DNA from: Mobula hypostoma
Lineage: Eukaryota
Assembly: GCF_963921235.1 (NCBI RefSeq)
Contig: NC_086108.1
Coordinates: 75,022,001 to 75,086,000, forward strand
DNA: 64,000 nt
Direction of reading: 5' to 3'
In this document: in pieces, positions 26,326 to 38,354 of the stretch
Layout: the number at the start of each line of letters is the position of its first letter
How positions within the stretch are numbered: the first letter of the stretch is position 1
Made by a program: the position numbers and the translations under genes
Notes under the pieces: model-generated
What the model saw: the letters and a program-made list of their open reading frames with translations, nothing else
The model's database searches: none
Told to the model about the DNA's origin: nothing

Positions 26326-27750
26326 TAGCACACACAAAAGCTATACAAAAGGGTTTTAGCAGGCCAGGCATCATCTGCGGAGTTGAGTAAACAGTTGACA
26401 TTTCGGGCCGAGACCCTTCTCCAGGACTGGAAAGGAAGGGGGAAAATGCCAGAATAAAAAAGGTGGGGGAAGGGAAGGAGGGTAGCTAGACAGTGATAGG
26501 TGAGCCAAATGGGTAGGAAAAGTAAAGGGCTGGAGAGGAAGGAATCTGTCAGGAGAGGAGAGTACACCATAGGAGAGAGGGAAGAAGGAGGTTAAGTGAT
26601 AAGTATTTGAGAAGAGGAAAGAAGACTGATTGGGGAATAGAAGAAGAGGGGAGTGGGAGGGAATTCTTTTGACCAGAAGGAGAAACTGATACTCATGCCA
26701 TCCGGTTGGAGGCGACTTAGACTGAAATTAAGGTGTTGCTCCTCCACCCTGAAGCTGTGCTCATCATGGCACAAGAGGAGCCCATGAGCTGAAATGCCAG
26801 AACAGGTATGAGAATCAGAATTAAAATGTTTGGTCACCGGGAAGTTCTGCTTTTGGTGGCTGGAGTGGGGGCACTTGACAAAGCGGTCCCCCAATTTATG
26901 ATGGGTAATGTAGACGAGGCAGCATTGGGAGTACTGGACAAAATAGATGATCCCAGCAGGTTTGTGGGTGAAGTGTTGCCTCACCTGGAAGGACTGAGGC
27001 CCTGAATGCAGGTGAGGGATGAGGTGAACGGGCAGGTGTAGCACTTACCCTCATCCACTTGCAGGAATGAGGGAAAGAACAAGATTAGTGAGGAGAGTCG
27101 AGTGGACAAAGGAACCACGGAAGGAGTGATTCCTGCGTAAAGTGGATGGGAGGGGGAAGTAAAGATATGTTTGTTGGTTGGATCCCTTTGGAGATGACAG
27201 AAGTTGCGGAGAATGGTGTGTTGGATGTGGAGGTAGATAAGGACAAGAGGAACTATCACTGTTAAGGCAGTGGAAGATGGGGTGAGTGCGGATGTTCGGG
27301 AAATGGAGGAGGTGCGAGTGAAAGCAGCGTCAATAGTGGAGGAAGGGAAACCCTGTTCTTTGAAGAAGGAGGGAATCTTTGATGTCTTGGAAAGGAAAGA
27401 CTCATCCTGGGAACAGATGTGGCAGAGAAGAAGGTACTGAAAAACAGGAATAGCATTTTACTTAGAAAAGGGGGTCAATTCTCCTCTCCTATGAGATTCC
27501 TTCCTCTCCAGCCCTTTACCTTTCCTAGCCACCTGGCTTTATCTATCACCCTCTAGCTATACTCCATCCTCCTCCCCCACCATTTTATTCTGGCATCTTC
27601 CCGCTTCCTTTCCAGTCCTGAAGAAGCTTCTCAGCCTGAAGCATCAGCTATTTATTCATTTCCATAGACGCCACCGGACCTGTTGTCCCTCTTGTTCAGG
27701 ATTTTGTGTGTGTGTTGCTTTGGATTTCCAGCATCTGCAGAATTCCTCGT
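26326..27750 (-). mobile_element. Penelope-like element, 5'-truncated, with an inverted pLTR at the far end
   Basis: ORF 26592-27044 QSFQVRQHFTHKPAGIIYFVQYSQCCLVYI...LGDRF...HFNS (GIY-YIG); pLTR at 26326-26570 and inverted copy at 27478-27750. Confidence 0.88.
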
Positions 27751-28309
27751 CATTATGTCTTGAACTGGCACACCAGTGCTGCAATGTATAGTATCAAAAT
27801 AGAGCTGTGCAACAGCGTGCCGGCACAGGCACTTTCACCTCTGATTTCGACCATACTGGCAAGGTCGTTTACATGTTCGTGGAGGTGCCGCCGGATCCTC
27901 AGTGTTTGACCACTGGACCACATTGCAGTCTCACCATCAGGCTCCTTAGCCTACCTCATTTATTTTTGCCCATCTGCACCGATCATATTGTAAAAACCAA
28001 AAGCCCTGCAATGAGCAGGGCAGTGCAGGTCATTCAGCAAGTGTGACACAAACATGTAGCATGGACCTTGCTTATTGCAACTACGTTGTAAGCAACTGGC
28101 TTTTGTGAAAAGCTGTCCATTATTTTCATGCCCGTTACCAGGGACCAAACAGTTTAGCCCCTCGATGCTGTTTTTGCACTGATCTGGATTCAATCTCAAG
28201 GTCCTTTTTGAAAGTATTGGTCTATAATGTACTACATCAAGCCAGCTGCCGCCTTCCCCCCAGTGTGTAGAGAACCTAATTTGTTTCACCTTTCAACATG
28301 TGCAAGCTC

Positions 28310-29450
28310 TGTTCAAAAGTCCAAAGTAAATTTATTATCAAATGAATCTCAAGGTAGTACTTGTTACCATATACTACCTTGAGATTCAGCTTTCTTGCAG
28401 GTATTTACAGGAAAAATTGTATTAGAATTTTATGATAAACTATACATCAACAGACAAAGACTGGCAAACAACCAATGTGACAGACACACTGTACAAGTAA
28501 AATTAATACTGAGAACATGAGTTGTAAAGACTCCTTGAAAGAGAAGCTGTAGTTCATAGAATCAATTCAGAGTTGTGGTGAATGAAGTTATCCACATGGT
28601 TCAGGTTGTAGGGTAATAACTGTTATTGAACTTGGTACTGTGAAACCTAAGGCTTCTGTGCCACCTGCCCGATGGTAGAGAGCAGGACCTGGATGGTGAG
28701 GGTTATTGATGGTGGATGCTGCTTTTTTGTGGCAGCGCTCACTGTAAACATACTCAATGGTGGGGAAGGTTTTGCCTGTGAAGGACTTGACTGCATCCAT
28801 CACTTTCTGTAGCCCTTTCTGTTCTTGGGCATTGGTGTTTCTCCACCAGTTGATGATGCGGCCAGATAGGATACTCTTTACTGTGCATCCCTAGAAACTT
28901 GTTGAAGTTTTGGTGATGTGCTGAATCTATGAAAATTTCTAAGGAAGTAAAGATACTGTCATGCCTTCTATACGATGACACTTATGTGCTGGTCCCAGGA
29001 CCGATCCTCCGAAATGTTAATGCCAAGGAATTTTAAGCTATTGACCCTTTTCACCTCTATTCCCCTAATGAGGCCTGGCTCATGGACCTCCAGCGACTTC
29101 CTTCTGTAGTTGATAATCACCCCTTTGCTTTTCGTGATGTTGAGTGAGAGGTTGCTGATGTGGCACCACTCAACCAGATATGCAGTCTTAGGCCGATTCA
29201 CCACCACCTCTGAATCGGCCAACAGCAGTGGTGTCGTCAGCTAACTTAGATACAGCATTGGAGCTGTCTGCAGCCACACAATGATAAGTGTAAAGTAGGT
29301 AAAGCAGGAGGCTAAGTACACAGCCTTGTGGTGCACTTGTGCTGATTGTGAGTGTAGAGGAGATGTTGCCAATCCACACTAACTGGGATCATGCCAGTGA
29401 GGAGATCGACGATCCTTTGCACAGGGGGGTTCTGAAGCCCAGGTCTTGTG
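28310..29450 (-). mobile_element. Rex1/Babar LINE, 5'-truncated, degraded
   Basis: SAPQGCVLSLLLYLLYTYHC, KLADDTTAVG, WCHISNLSLNITKSK, LKFLGINISED. Confidence 0.9.
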
Positions 29451-29821
29451 GCAGTGCTGAAGGAGTTGAATCAGATTCCTACACTTTTAGGAATAAAGTG
29501 CTGTAGGAACTCTGCTGTTCCGATTGTTCCAGGCATAGTTTATAAAGCTTGGCTGGTATGAAGGTGGTGAATGACTGGGATAACTGCACCATTTACTCTG
29601 CTCTGATTTCTAAGACTTTATTTTGATTACTCATTTCAATAGGAAGCTGAGCTTTTCTACAGTAACACTCATTATTTGTTTCTGAGGCTCTATTAAGACA
29701 ACATTGTGGGAACACGACTTTAAGCTTATGAAACATATCCTTGATTTTCCCAATGAAACTCATGAGGGGCAGGCTTACTAGTTAACTGCATCAAGTAAAG
29801 TGTGATGAACTCATCTTTATT

Positions 29822-30522
29822 AGAACATAGAACATTGAAATCTACAGCACATTACAGGCCCTTCGGCCCACAATGTTGTGCCGACCATGCAACCTACTCT
29901 TAAAAAAAGAATTTCCCTACCACATAGCCCTCTATTTTTCTAAGCTCCATGTATCTAAGAGTCTCTTAAAAGGCCCTGTTGTATCCACCTCCCCCACCGT
30001 TGCTGGCAGTGCATTCCATGCACCCACCATTCTCTGTGTGAAAAACTTACCTTTGACATCCCCCTTGTACCTACTTTCAAGCACCTTAAAACTATGCCCC
30101 CTCGTGTTAGCCATTTCAGCCCTGGGAAAAAGCCTCTGGCTATCCACATGATCAATGCCTCTCATCATCTTGTACACCTCTATCAGGTCACCTCTCATCC
30201 TCCGTCGCTCCAAGGAGGAAAGGCCAAATTCACTCAACCTATTCCATAAGGCAAGCTCTTCAATCCAGGCAGCATCCTTGTAAATCTCCTCTGCACTCTT
30301 TCTATAGTATCTACATCCTTCCTGTAGTGAGGTGACCAGAACTGACCACAGTACTCCAAGTGGGGTCTGACTAAGGTTTATCCAGCTGTACCATTGCCTC
30401 ACGGTTCTTGAACTCAATTCCATGGTTGATGAAGGCCAACACACCATACGCCTTCTTAACAACACTGTCAACCTGTGCAGCAGCTTTGAGTGTCCTATGG
30501 GCATGGACCCTAAGATCTCTCT
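29822..30522 (-). mobile_element. CR1 3' fragment
   Basis: ORF 29932-30537 LERRRMRGDLIEVYKMMRG...FFTQRMVGAWNALP; (AGAACAT) tail. Confidence 0.92.
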
Positions 30523-31431
30523 CATAAAAGTATGCATGATCTAATCAAAATCCTTCTGCACGTTGGGTCTGTTGTTGTGTATGGCAAATGAGTTACAGTT
30601 GTTTTTGAGGCTGTGACAAACAGAAATGATAAAGTTAATCAGAAGATTTTATATATTTGGACATTCTGAAGGCCTTTCATAAGGAAGTTAATAAATACAG
30701 TTAGGATAGACCGAATTGTAAGTCATCTTCAGGTATTGACTGAGGATTTGTTACATTGGAAACAAATAGAGTGGCACAGAAATAGTCATTTCTAGGCTGA
30801 AAGGCTGGCTTTTACCAGACGAGAGATATAACTCACCTGAAAAAAATGCAGCAAAAGCTTCAGCACAGTTAGGGCCAACGTTTTTTTTCCTAAAAGCTGA
30901 CTTGCATTTTAGAAATTAAAAATTTTGTATTAATTCTTTCATTTTAGAATAACAGACCTCACTCGCCCTTGACGTGATATTAAACCTACACTATTGTAGG
31001 GTGAGAATTTGTTTAAAAATCACTTTTTGCCAGTGACACAGAAGTTGGCAAGTTAATGTCCAAATGTAAATGCTGATATTTTGGCCGTTGATAGATGTGG
31101 GGCATTTGGCCCAGTTTACACGATGTCCTACCTTGAACTCTACATGAGAGTTCAGAGAAGGACACTACATAAACCCGGCCAAATGTTTTCAAACATACAG
31201 CATGCATATTTGTTGATCTTGCTGAGCTGCATTTCTTATGAAAGTCATTTCCCTAAAACTTATTGACATACTTTACTTTGAAAAGAGCTGGAAGGCTATT
31301 AAAAATGCTAAAGGGACGCTAGCTTATCTATCTGTGAATGTCACCATTTTCTGTGTGAATTTGGTAGTTTTAAGTGATGAAAAATCAACTATTGTTTTTC
31401 TTAAGTAAATCTCCACCCTGACAGTAAATAA

Positions 31432-31818
31432 ATAGATAGATAGATATATACTTTATTGATCCTGAAGGAAATTATAATGTCACAATATCATTACAAATGC
31501 ATAGATATACAAATATTAGAAGAGAAGTAAAAAGAATGAAAAATAAGTTACCTCAAACAATCTAACAGGAGGGGGTTCTCAGCTATAGGTTGACTCATTA
31601 TAGAGACTCATGGCCGAGGGTAAGAACGACCTCATGTAACGCTTTGGAGCAGCACAGTTGTCTTAGTCTATTACTAAAAGTGCTCCTCTGTTCAGCCAAG
31701 GTGGCAAGCAGAGGGTGAGGAACATTATCCAGAATTGCCAAGATTTTCTGCAGTGTCCCTTCTTCTAACACAGCCTCCAGTGTGTCCAGTTTGACTCCTA
31801 TAACAGAGCCAGCCTTTC
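31432..31818 (-). mobile_element. Rex1-type LINE 3' fragment
   Basis: RKAGSVIGVKLDTLE...ILDNVPHPL; (GATA)n tail with TACTTTATTGATCC. Confidence 0.85.
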
Positions 31819-32169
31819 TAAATATCAATCATCCAGAATTAACACTACTGTTCATTTTGCTCTAAAAAATGCAATATATGGCTTTCAAAATCCTTGTGTG
31901 CTCAGCTGACCAATCCCACTGTTCTGTGAGAAGTGCTGGGATCATTTGATGAAAAAGACTGGAAGAGTAAAATCATAGATGGAAATACAATGAGAAGCAA
32001 AAGGCATTTATGGTCAAACATGAAAGACAATTATTGAATTTATCTTGCAGAAGTAACTAAAGTAAAATCTGAACTACTCAGCAATTGTTCTTGTTACCAA
32101 TCTAAATTTAGCTGTGCTACATAGAGACTAAATATTGTTGCATGTCTTGTTTTTTAAGCCTGTATCTGT

Positions 32170-33090
32170 GGCGCACCACAGTGATTGGAACCATTGTTAA
32201 TTGTTGTATATTTTAATGATTTGGATATGCATGTTGTAAGTATGATTACCAAGTTTGCAGATGACAAAAAAGTCATGGTATTATTGATGCTGGGATGAAT
32301 AGTGGTGAGTTACACGGTAACCTGTAACTGTTACAGGATTATACTGATCAGATGGTATGATGGATTCAGTCCATTTAAACAAACATGAGGTGATGAACTT
32401 TGGCAACTCCGATAAGTATTGGGTGTATGCAGTGAAGGCTAGAATCCTAAAGACTATTACTGAGGAACAGAGGGACGTTAGTGTGCAAATTCAATGATCC
32501 CTGCAGGAAGCAGTATATGTAGACAAGGTAGTGATGATACTTGCTTACCTTAGCTGGGCATAAAATATAAGTTACTGGTTAGGCTACAGCTGGAGTACTG
32601 TCCACAGATCTGGCTGTCATACTAAAAGAAAGATGTGATTGTAAAGAAGGTGTTTGATCTGGATATTCCCTAGGAAGGAGCATTTGAGTTGTGAGGAGCG
32701 ACCTAGATGGGATTGGTTTCTTTGGAGCAGAGGAGGTTGAAGGGGTGGGAGGACGTGGTGGTGGTGTTGGTGGTGTTGGTGGTGTAACCTGATTGTGGTA
32801 TATAAGATTATAGGAAACTGAGACGGTATATAATGAGCATGGCCGAAGTGTCTTAGAATGGAGGGCATAGGATTAGAGTATGCGCTAAAATATTTAGAGG
32901 GAATCTAAGGAAGAACTGGACACACTGTCTGGGTGGATATTGGAGGCATGTATTCTCTCAATGTTTAGTATGCATCTGGATGAGCACTTGACTTGCCAAG
33001 TCACAATAGGCTATAGACTAACTGCTGGTAAAGAGATTAATATTTTTAGGAACTTAATGGTCTGCTTCAATCTTTTTGACTAGGATTCTT
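32170..33090 (+). mobile_element. Old CR1 fragment containing a (GGT)n tract at ~32755-32783
   Basis: ATATTTTAATGATTTGGAT...AAGTTTGCAGATGACA (KFADD); CAGCTGGAGTACTGT. Confidence 0.75.
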
Positions 33091-33126
33091 GGACTTTTTG
33101 ACTCACTGATATGGCAAAAGCAAATA

Positions 33127-34754
33127 CTGTGGATTCCAGTTAATTGAGACACATTGGGACCAATGCATTTTGGCCCAATTAAGCTGCTTCCCCAATTAGC
33201 TGAGGTAGTTAAAAAGGTACAAAACAACAAACTACTGTTTAACTGAGTAACACATTATGTACTTAAATGAAATGCAGAACAAATTAGAACACTACTAATA
33301 CCATAACAGTATTATAAAACTGTACATTAGTTCCTAATAGTTATCAACAGAAGAATTCATCCGATGTTGCCAGTGCATTCTCTTTATCAATTGTAAATGA
33401 ACAAAATTGGTGCAGGCACCTAGTGTTGATAATGGATTGCCTTCATATAATGCTATCAACGACTGCATCCTCCAAATCTTCATTTTCAATGTAACATTTG
33501 AGTTGATTGTCAATACCTTCAGATTTCTCGCAAACACGAGGAAATCTGCAGATGCTGGAAATTCAAGCAACACACATAAAAAGTACTGGTGAACACAGCA
33601 GGCCAAGCAGCATCTATAGGAAGAGGTACAGTCGAAGTTTCAGGCCGAGACCTTTCGTCAGGACTAACTGAAAGAAGAGATAGTAAGAGATTTGAGAGGG
33701 GAGGGGGAGATCTGAAATGATAGGAGAAGACAGGAGGGGGAGGGATGGAGCTAAGAGCTGGAATGTTGATTGGCAATAGGGATACAAGGCTGGAGAAGGG
33801 AGAGGATCATGAGACGGGAGGGCTAGGGAGAAAGAAAGGGTGGGGGAAAGCCCAGAGGATGGGCAAGGAGTTATAGTGAGAGGGACAGAGGGAGAAAAAA
33901 GAGAGAGAAAAAAAGGGAAAGGAAAAAAACCCATCATAATAAATAAATAAATAAATAAATAAGGGATGGGGTACGAAGGGGAGGTGGGGCATTAACGGAA
34001 GTCAGAGAAGTCAATGTTCATGCCATCAGGTTGGAGGCTACACAGACGGAATATAAGGTGTTGTTCCTCCAACCTGAGTGTGGCTTCATCTTGAGAGTAG
34101 AGCAGGCCGTGGATAGACATATCAGAATGGGAATGGGACGTAGAATTAAAATGTGTGGCCTCTGGGAGATCCTGCTTTCTCTGGCGGACAGAGCGTCGTT
34201 GTTCAGCGAAATGGTCTCCCAGCCTGCGTCGGGTCTCGCCAATATAAAGAAGGCCGCATCGGGAGCACCCGACGCAGGCTGGGAGACAAAGGGTCTCGGC
34301 CTGAAACGTCGACTGTACCTCTTCCTATAGATACTGCCTGGCCTGCTGCGTTCACCAGCATTTTTTATGTGTGCTCCTTCAAATTTCTTGTCGTCCCCAA
34401 CTTGTTGAAGTAGCGAAATTGTTTCATTTTTACTCCCAGCCGTACCTGACATCTCCGAGCCTGAATGCTTGAAATCGCAGTGAGCAAAGCAGTTCTAAGT
34501 TGTCTTACTGCATACTTCTTACCAACTATCAGTGACGAAGAATATCGCTGGGCTCTAACGGCCACACATGTGCAAGCGTATGATGCTACTTAGAAACTCT
34601 TCATCAGTAGTTTCCTTCCCCAGTTAAGCGGTGTAGCATCCAAAACACATAAGGAATCCTGGCTATTTTCTTGGTTCATCTTTTGTTCTTTAAGAGTTGT
34701 CCCAGGTAAGTGCTTTCCCCAATTAACTGATGGCCCAATTAACTGAATCCACAT
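33127..34754 (-). mobile_element. Second copy of the Tigger-like DNA transposon, split by a nested PLE
   Basis: TA-CTGTGGATTCCAGTTAATTG ... CAATTAACTGAATCCACAT-TA; internal sequence is the reverse complement of 17176-17671 plus 21482-21797. Confidence 0.85.
33531..34375 (-). mobile_element. Young Penelope-like element 3' fragment with inverted pLTR
   Basis: Minus-strand open frame CSRCGLLYIGETRRRLGDHFAEQ...ATHFNS...LRLEEQHLIFRLCSLQPDGMNIDFSDFR* (GIY-YIG C-terminal half, 34267 to ~33992); TSD CCTTCAGATTTCTCG / CCTTCAAATTTCTTG (33516-30, 34376-90). Confidence 0.92.
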
Positions 34755-35359
34755 TACATTTTCAAAAGGTTGCATGAGGTGCAACTTAAATAGTTACAAA
34801 GTATTTAAATCACAACTACATTGTCATTGAATGTAATTTATAGAAAGCTGAAGATTAAATGGATAATTATCATTTGGCATAATTTCTCTTTAACTATAAA
34901 TCTAAAGCTTATTTGTCTCCTTTAATTTCAAAGAGCCATAAATTCCTCCAACTGGTGCAATTATAGAAACAATTTCTGAGTATGGCAATGCACTAATAAT
35001 TTAAAATACGATCTCATTCTCCTGAGTCACATAAGCCCGATGTCATGCTGCTTTAAAATAACCAAGCCATGCCAATGCATTACCACATGCTGATGTATTA
35101 CCATATGCGTGTTAGCTCGCACGTAATCAATCATATCCATGCACACAGTGGTATCTCGATATCAGGCTGCACATCTCACCTAACACATACTCATCCTGTG
35201 GCTTTAAAGGGATCACATTTAGACATTGAGGAGTCTGGTGATTTGCTTATCTTGTCTCCTTGGTCACGGAGCAGACAGGTTAACAAGTGCACTTCTCTTA
35301 AAATAAAGTATGCTCACAGGCACTCTTTCAATCTTACTTACATCTTTCCACGCAATACA

Positions 35360-35855
35360 GGAAAAATGTAAATAAGATTGAAGGACTGCAGAAAAAATTT
35401 ACAAGGATGTTGCTGGAACTTGACATACAGGGAAAGATAAAACAGGTTTGACTTTATTCCCCAGAATGTGAAAGATTGAGGGGAGATTTGATAGAGGATA
35501 TACAAAATTATAGGGGGTAACTGCAAGCAGGCATTTTCTGCTGAGGTTGAGTGAGACTACAACTAGAGTTCATGGGTTAAAGGTGAAAAGTGAAATGTTT
35601 AAGGGGAAGATGAGGGAGAACTTCTTCCCATGGAAGGTGGTGGGAGTGTGGAATGAGCAATTAGCAGAAGTAGAGGATGTGGGTTTGATTTCAACACAAG
35701 AGGAATTTGGATACGGTAGGTAGATGGATGTGTGGGGTATGGAGGGCTGTGGTCCGGGTGCAGGTAGATCAGACTTGACAGATTAATGGTTTAGCATGGA
35801 CTAGATGGGCCAAAGGGCCTGCTTCTGTGCTGTAGTGTACTGTAATTCTATGACT
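35360..35855 (+). mobile_element. CR1 3' fragment
   Basis: GAAAGATTGAGGGGAGATTTGATAGAGG; GTGGAATGAGC; GGGCCAAAGGGCCTGCTTCTGTGCTGTA tail. Confidence 0.85.
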
Positions 35856-36114
35856 CTGACACAAGTCACGTTAATCCCAAGAGAAAATGATCAACTATTT
35901 GTTCTTAATTACACTTTCTGCACATTCCTTAAACTACATTTGTGTATACAGCTACACATCTTCCAAATGGCCAGAAAGTCCTCCTAGGTCCCACAATTTC
36001 CCAGCCTTTAATTTAAAATAACCTCATTCTCTGTATTCACGAGAGCCCTTGGAGAACTTCAGTATTGTGAAGCTAAAGAATGAAACTTCATTCAGCTTTG
36101 AAGTAACCACGTGG

Positions 36115-37627
36115 TGTACCCGGCAAGATACTGAAAACTGGTGTGACCAACTGGCGGGAGTGTTCAAGGACACCTTCAACCTCTCACTGCTGCAGTCAGA
36201 GGTTCCCACCTGCTTCAAAAGGCATTAATCATACCTAGGCCCAAAAGAGCTGTGCGAGCTGCCTCAACAACTACTGCCTGGTAGTACTCGTATCTATTGT
36301 GATGAAGTGCTTTGAGAGGTTGATCATGGTTAGAGTTTTCTCCTGCTTGAGCAAGGACCTGGTCTCGCTGTCATTTGCCTACTACCAATAAGTCTACAGC
36401 AGATGAAATCTCACTGGTTCAGGACTGGTCACTGGGCTTTGGAGCACCTGGAAATACAGTACATTAGCCCGATGTTTATCGATTACAGCTCCCTCATCCC
36501 CTCACTACTGCGCCTCATCCCCTCGCAACTGCGCCTCATCCCCTCACTACTGTGCTTCATCCCCTCACTACTGCACCTCATCCCCTCACTACTGTGCCTC
36601 ATCCTCTCACTACTGCACCTCATCCCCTTGCTACTGCACCTCATCCCTTCACAACGGCGCCTCATCCCCTCACTACTGTACCTCATACCCTGCACCTCAA
36701 TATATGCTCTTTCTGGTTTAAGATAGTGCTACCAAAGGCGCGTGATAGCTAACTGGCAGATCGAAAGGCAAGAGATTCGACTGAAAATATTACTTTTAAC
36801 ATTTTTTCTGAAGCAAATTGCAGTACACAGTGAGGAGGCAGGCAGAGGCGAGACTGGTTCAGGGGATGAGCCATGCTGGGGCATTACGAGGCACAACGTG
36901 TTTGAACTGGGGTCACAGACAGAGTTCCTTTCGCTTTCGGAGATGGAGTGAGCGATCTGGAGAGGAGTCGCTGTGGAAGAGTTTTGATGCTCATCTGCCT
37001 AACCCGAGCGCAGGGTTGAATCGCTCCAAGTGCTGAGCTGATTTAGTGAGATCGCGAACAACTTCAGGCTGTGCAGCCCAACAGTGTCGCTGCCCTGGAA
37101 TCTGGGTCCTGGAGTGAGGCACGACCCTTTCTTGGACAACTTAAGTGCCGGTCTAGATAAACCAGAAAGCCCGAGTGTCGGGATCGGAAGGGAGGGCTGG
37201 GCTGATTGCATTTGCTCTCCCATAATGTTCATTCATTTCTCAGCGGTGAACTGCTCGGCTGCTGTGTTACTGAGACCAAGGCTTTGGGCCTACTCCAGCT
37301 GCTTCGGAAAGCAGACCTAAGGACTCAATTTGGTTCAGAATGCTTTGGCTTGCTTCTATTGTTTGCGTGAATTGTGTTTTTTTTCCTCTCTCTTTCTCTA
37401 TGCAGTGGTTTTTGGTCTTTCTTTTTTTAAATTGGGTTATTCGTGTTTCTTGCTTTCTAGCTCCCTCTAAGCAGACAAATTTCGATGAGTATAATTTATA
37501 CATTCTTTAATAATGAATATGCTTTGAATATTTACTAATCACATTCTTCAAAAACATGGGCCTCTGTACCTCTCTCTGCGACTGGATCCTCATCAGAAGA
37601 CTACAGTCAGTACAGATCAGAAATAAC
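36115..37627 (+). mobile_element. Rex1/Babar LINE fragment, interrupted by a minisatellite and an unclassified insert (~36730-37530)
   Basis: CDQLAGVFKDTFNLSLLQSEVPTCFK, VMKCFERL, MFIDYSS; resumes GLCTSLCDWIL at ~37555. Confidence 0.8.
36492..36697 (+). repeat. 21-bp minisatellite, about 9.5 copies (CCTCATCCCCTCACTACTGYR)
   Basis: Direct reading; translates as 7-aa LIPSLL(R/C/H/Y) repeats. Confidence 0.95.
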
Positions 37628-38240
37628 AGAGATTCTGCAGATACTGGAAATCCAGAGGAACACATACAAAATGTTGGAGGAACCCAACAGGTCAGGCAGC
37701 ATCTATGGAAATGAATAAACGGTCCATATTTCTGGCTGAGACCCTTCTTCAGGACTGGAAAGGAAGGGGAAAGACACCAGAATAAAAAGGTGGGTGGGGG
37801 GGGGAAGGAGGAATAGCTAAAAGGTGATAAGTAAAGTCAGGTGGGTGGGAAAAGTAAAGCGCTGGAGAAGAAGGAATCTAATAGGAGAGGAGAGTGGGAA
37901 ATGGGAGAAAGAGAAGAAGGAGTGGCACCAGGGTGAGGTTTATTCAGGTGAGGAGAAAAGGTAAAAGGACAAAGTGGGGAATTGAAGAAAAGGGAAGGGG
38001 GAGTAAAAAAAAATGGAAGGAGACATCGATATTCATGCTATCAATTTGAAGCTTACCTAGATGGAATATGAGGTGTTGCTGCTCCACCTTGAGAGTGGCC
38101 TTATCATGGCGAAAGAGAACGCCATGGACCAATGTGTCAGAAGGGGAATGTGGATAGGAATTAAAGCAGTTCTCCACTGGGAAATTCTGCTTTTGTTGGA
38201 TGGAATGTAGTTGCTTTATAAAGTGGCCCCCACTTTACAT
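37628..38240 (-). mobile_element. Penelope-like element 3' fragment with pLTR
   Basis: FNSYPHSPSD...LKVEQQHLIFHLGKLQIDSMNID (ORF 37944-38177); terminus ATTCTGCAGATACTGGAAATCC; degenerate hammerhead at ~37721-37756. Confidence 0.85.
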
Positions 38241-38354
38241 TGATCCTGTTGAAGAAGGCAGAATTTTCCTTGAACTATTTTTTTTCTATCTCCATTGCTG
38301 CCTTTCCCCCCCAAATTGTCCTGTACTGATTTCCATTAATTGCTAATGACACAT

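Noticed and set aside
32617..32868. His/Gln-rich ORF resembling a transcription-factor exon
   Set aside because: Antisense of a CR1 fragment containing a (GGT)n microsatellite.
36403..36752. Leucine-rich heptad repeat ORF
   Set aside because: Translation of a 21-bp minisatellite inside a Rex1 fragment.
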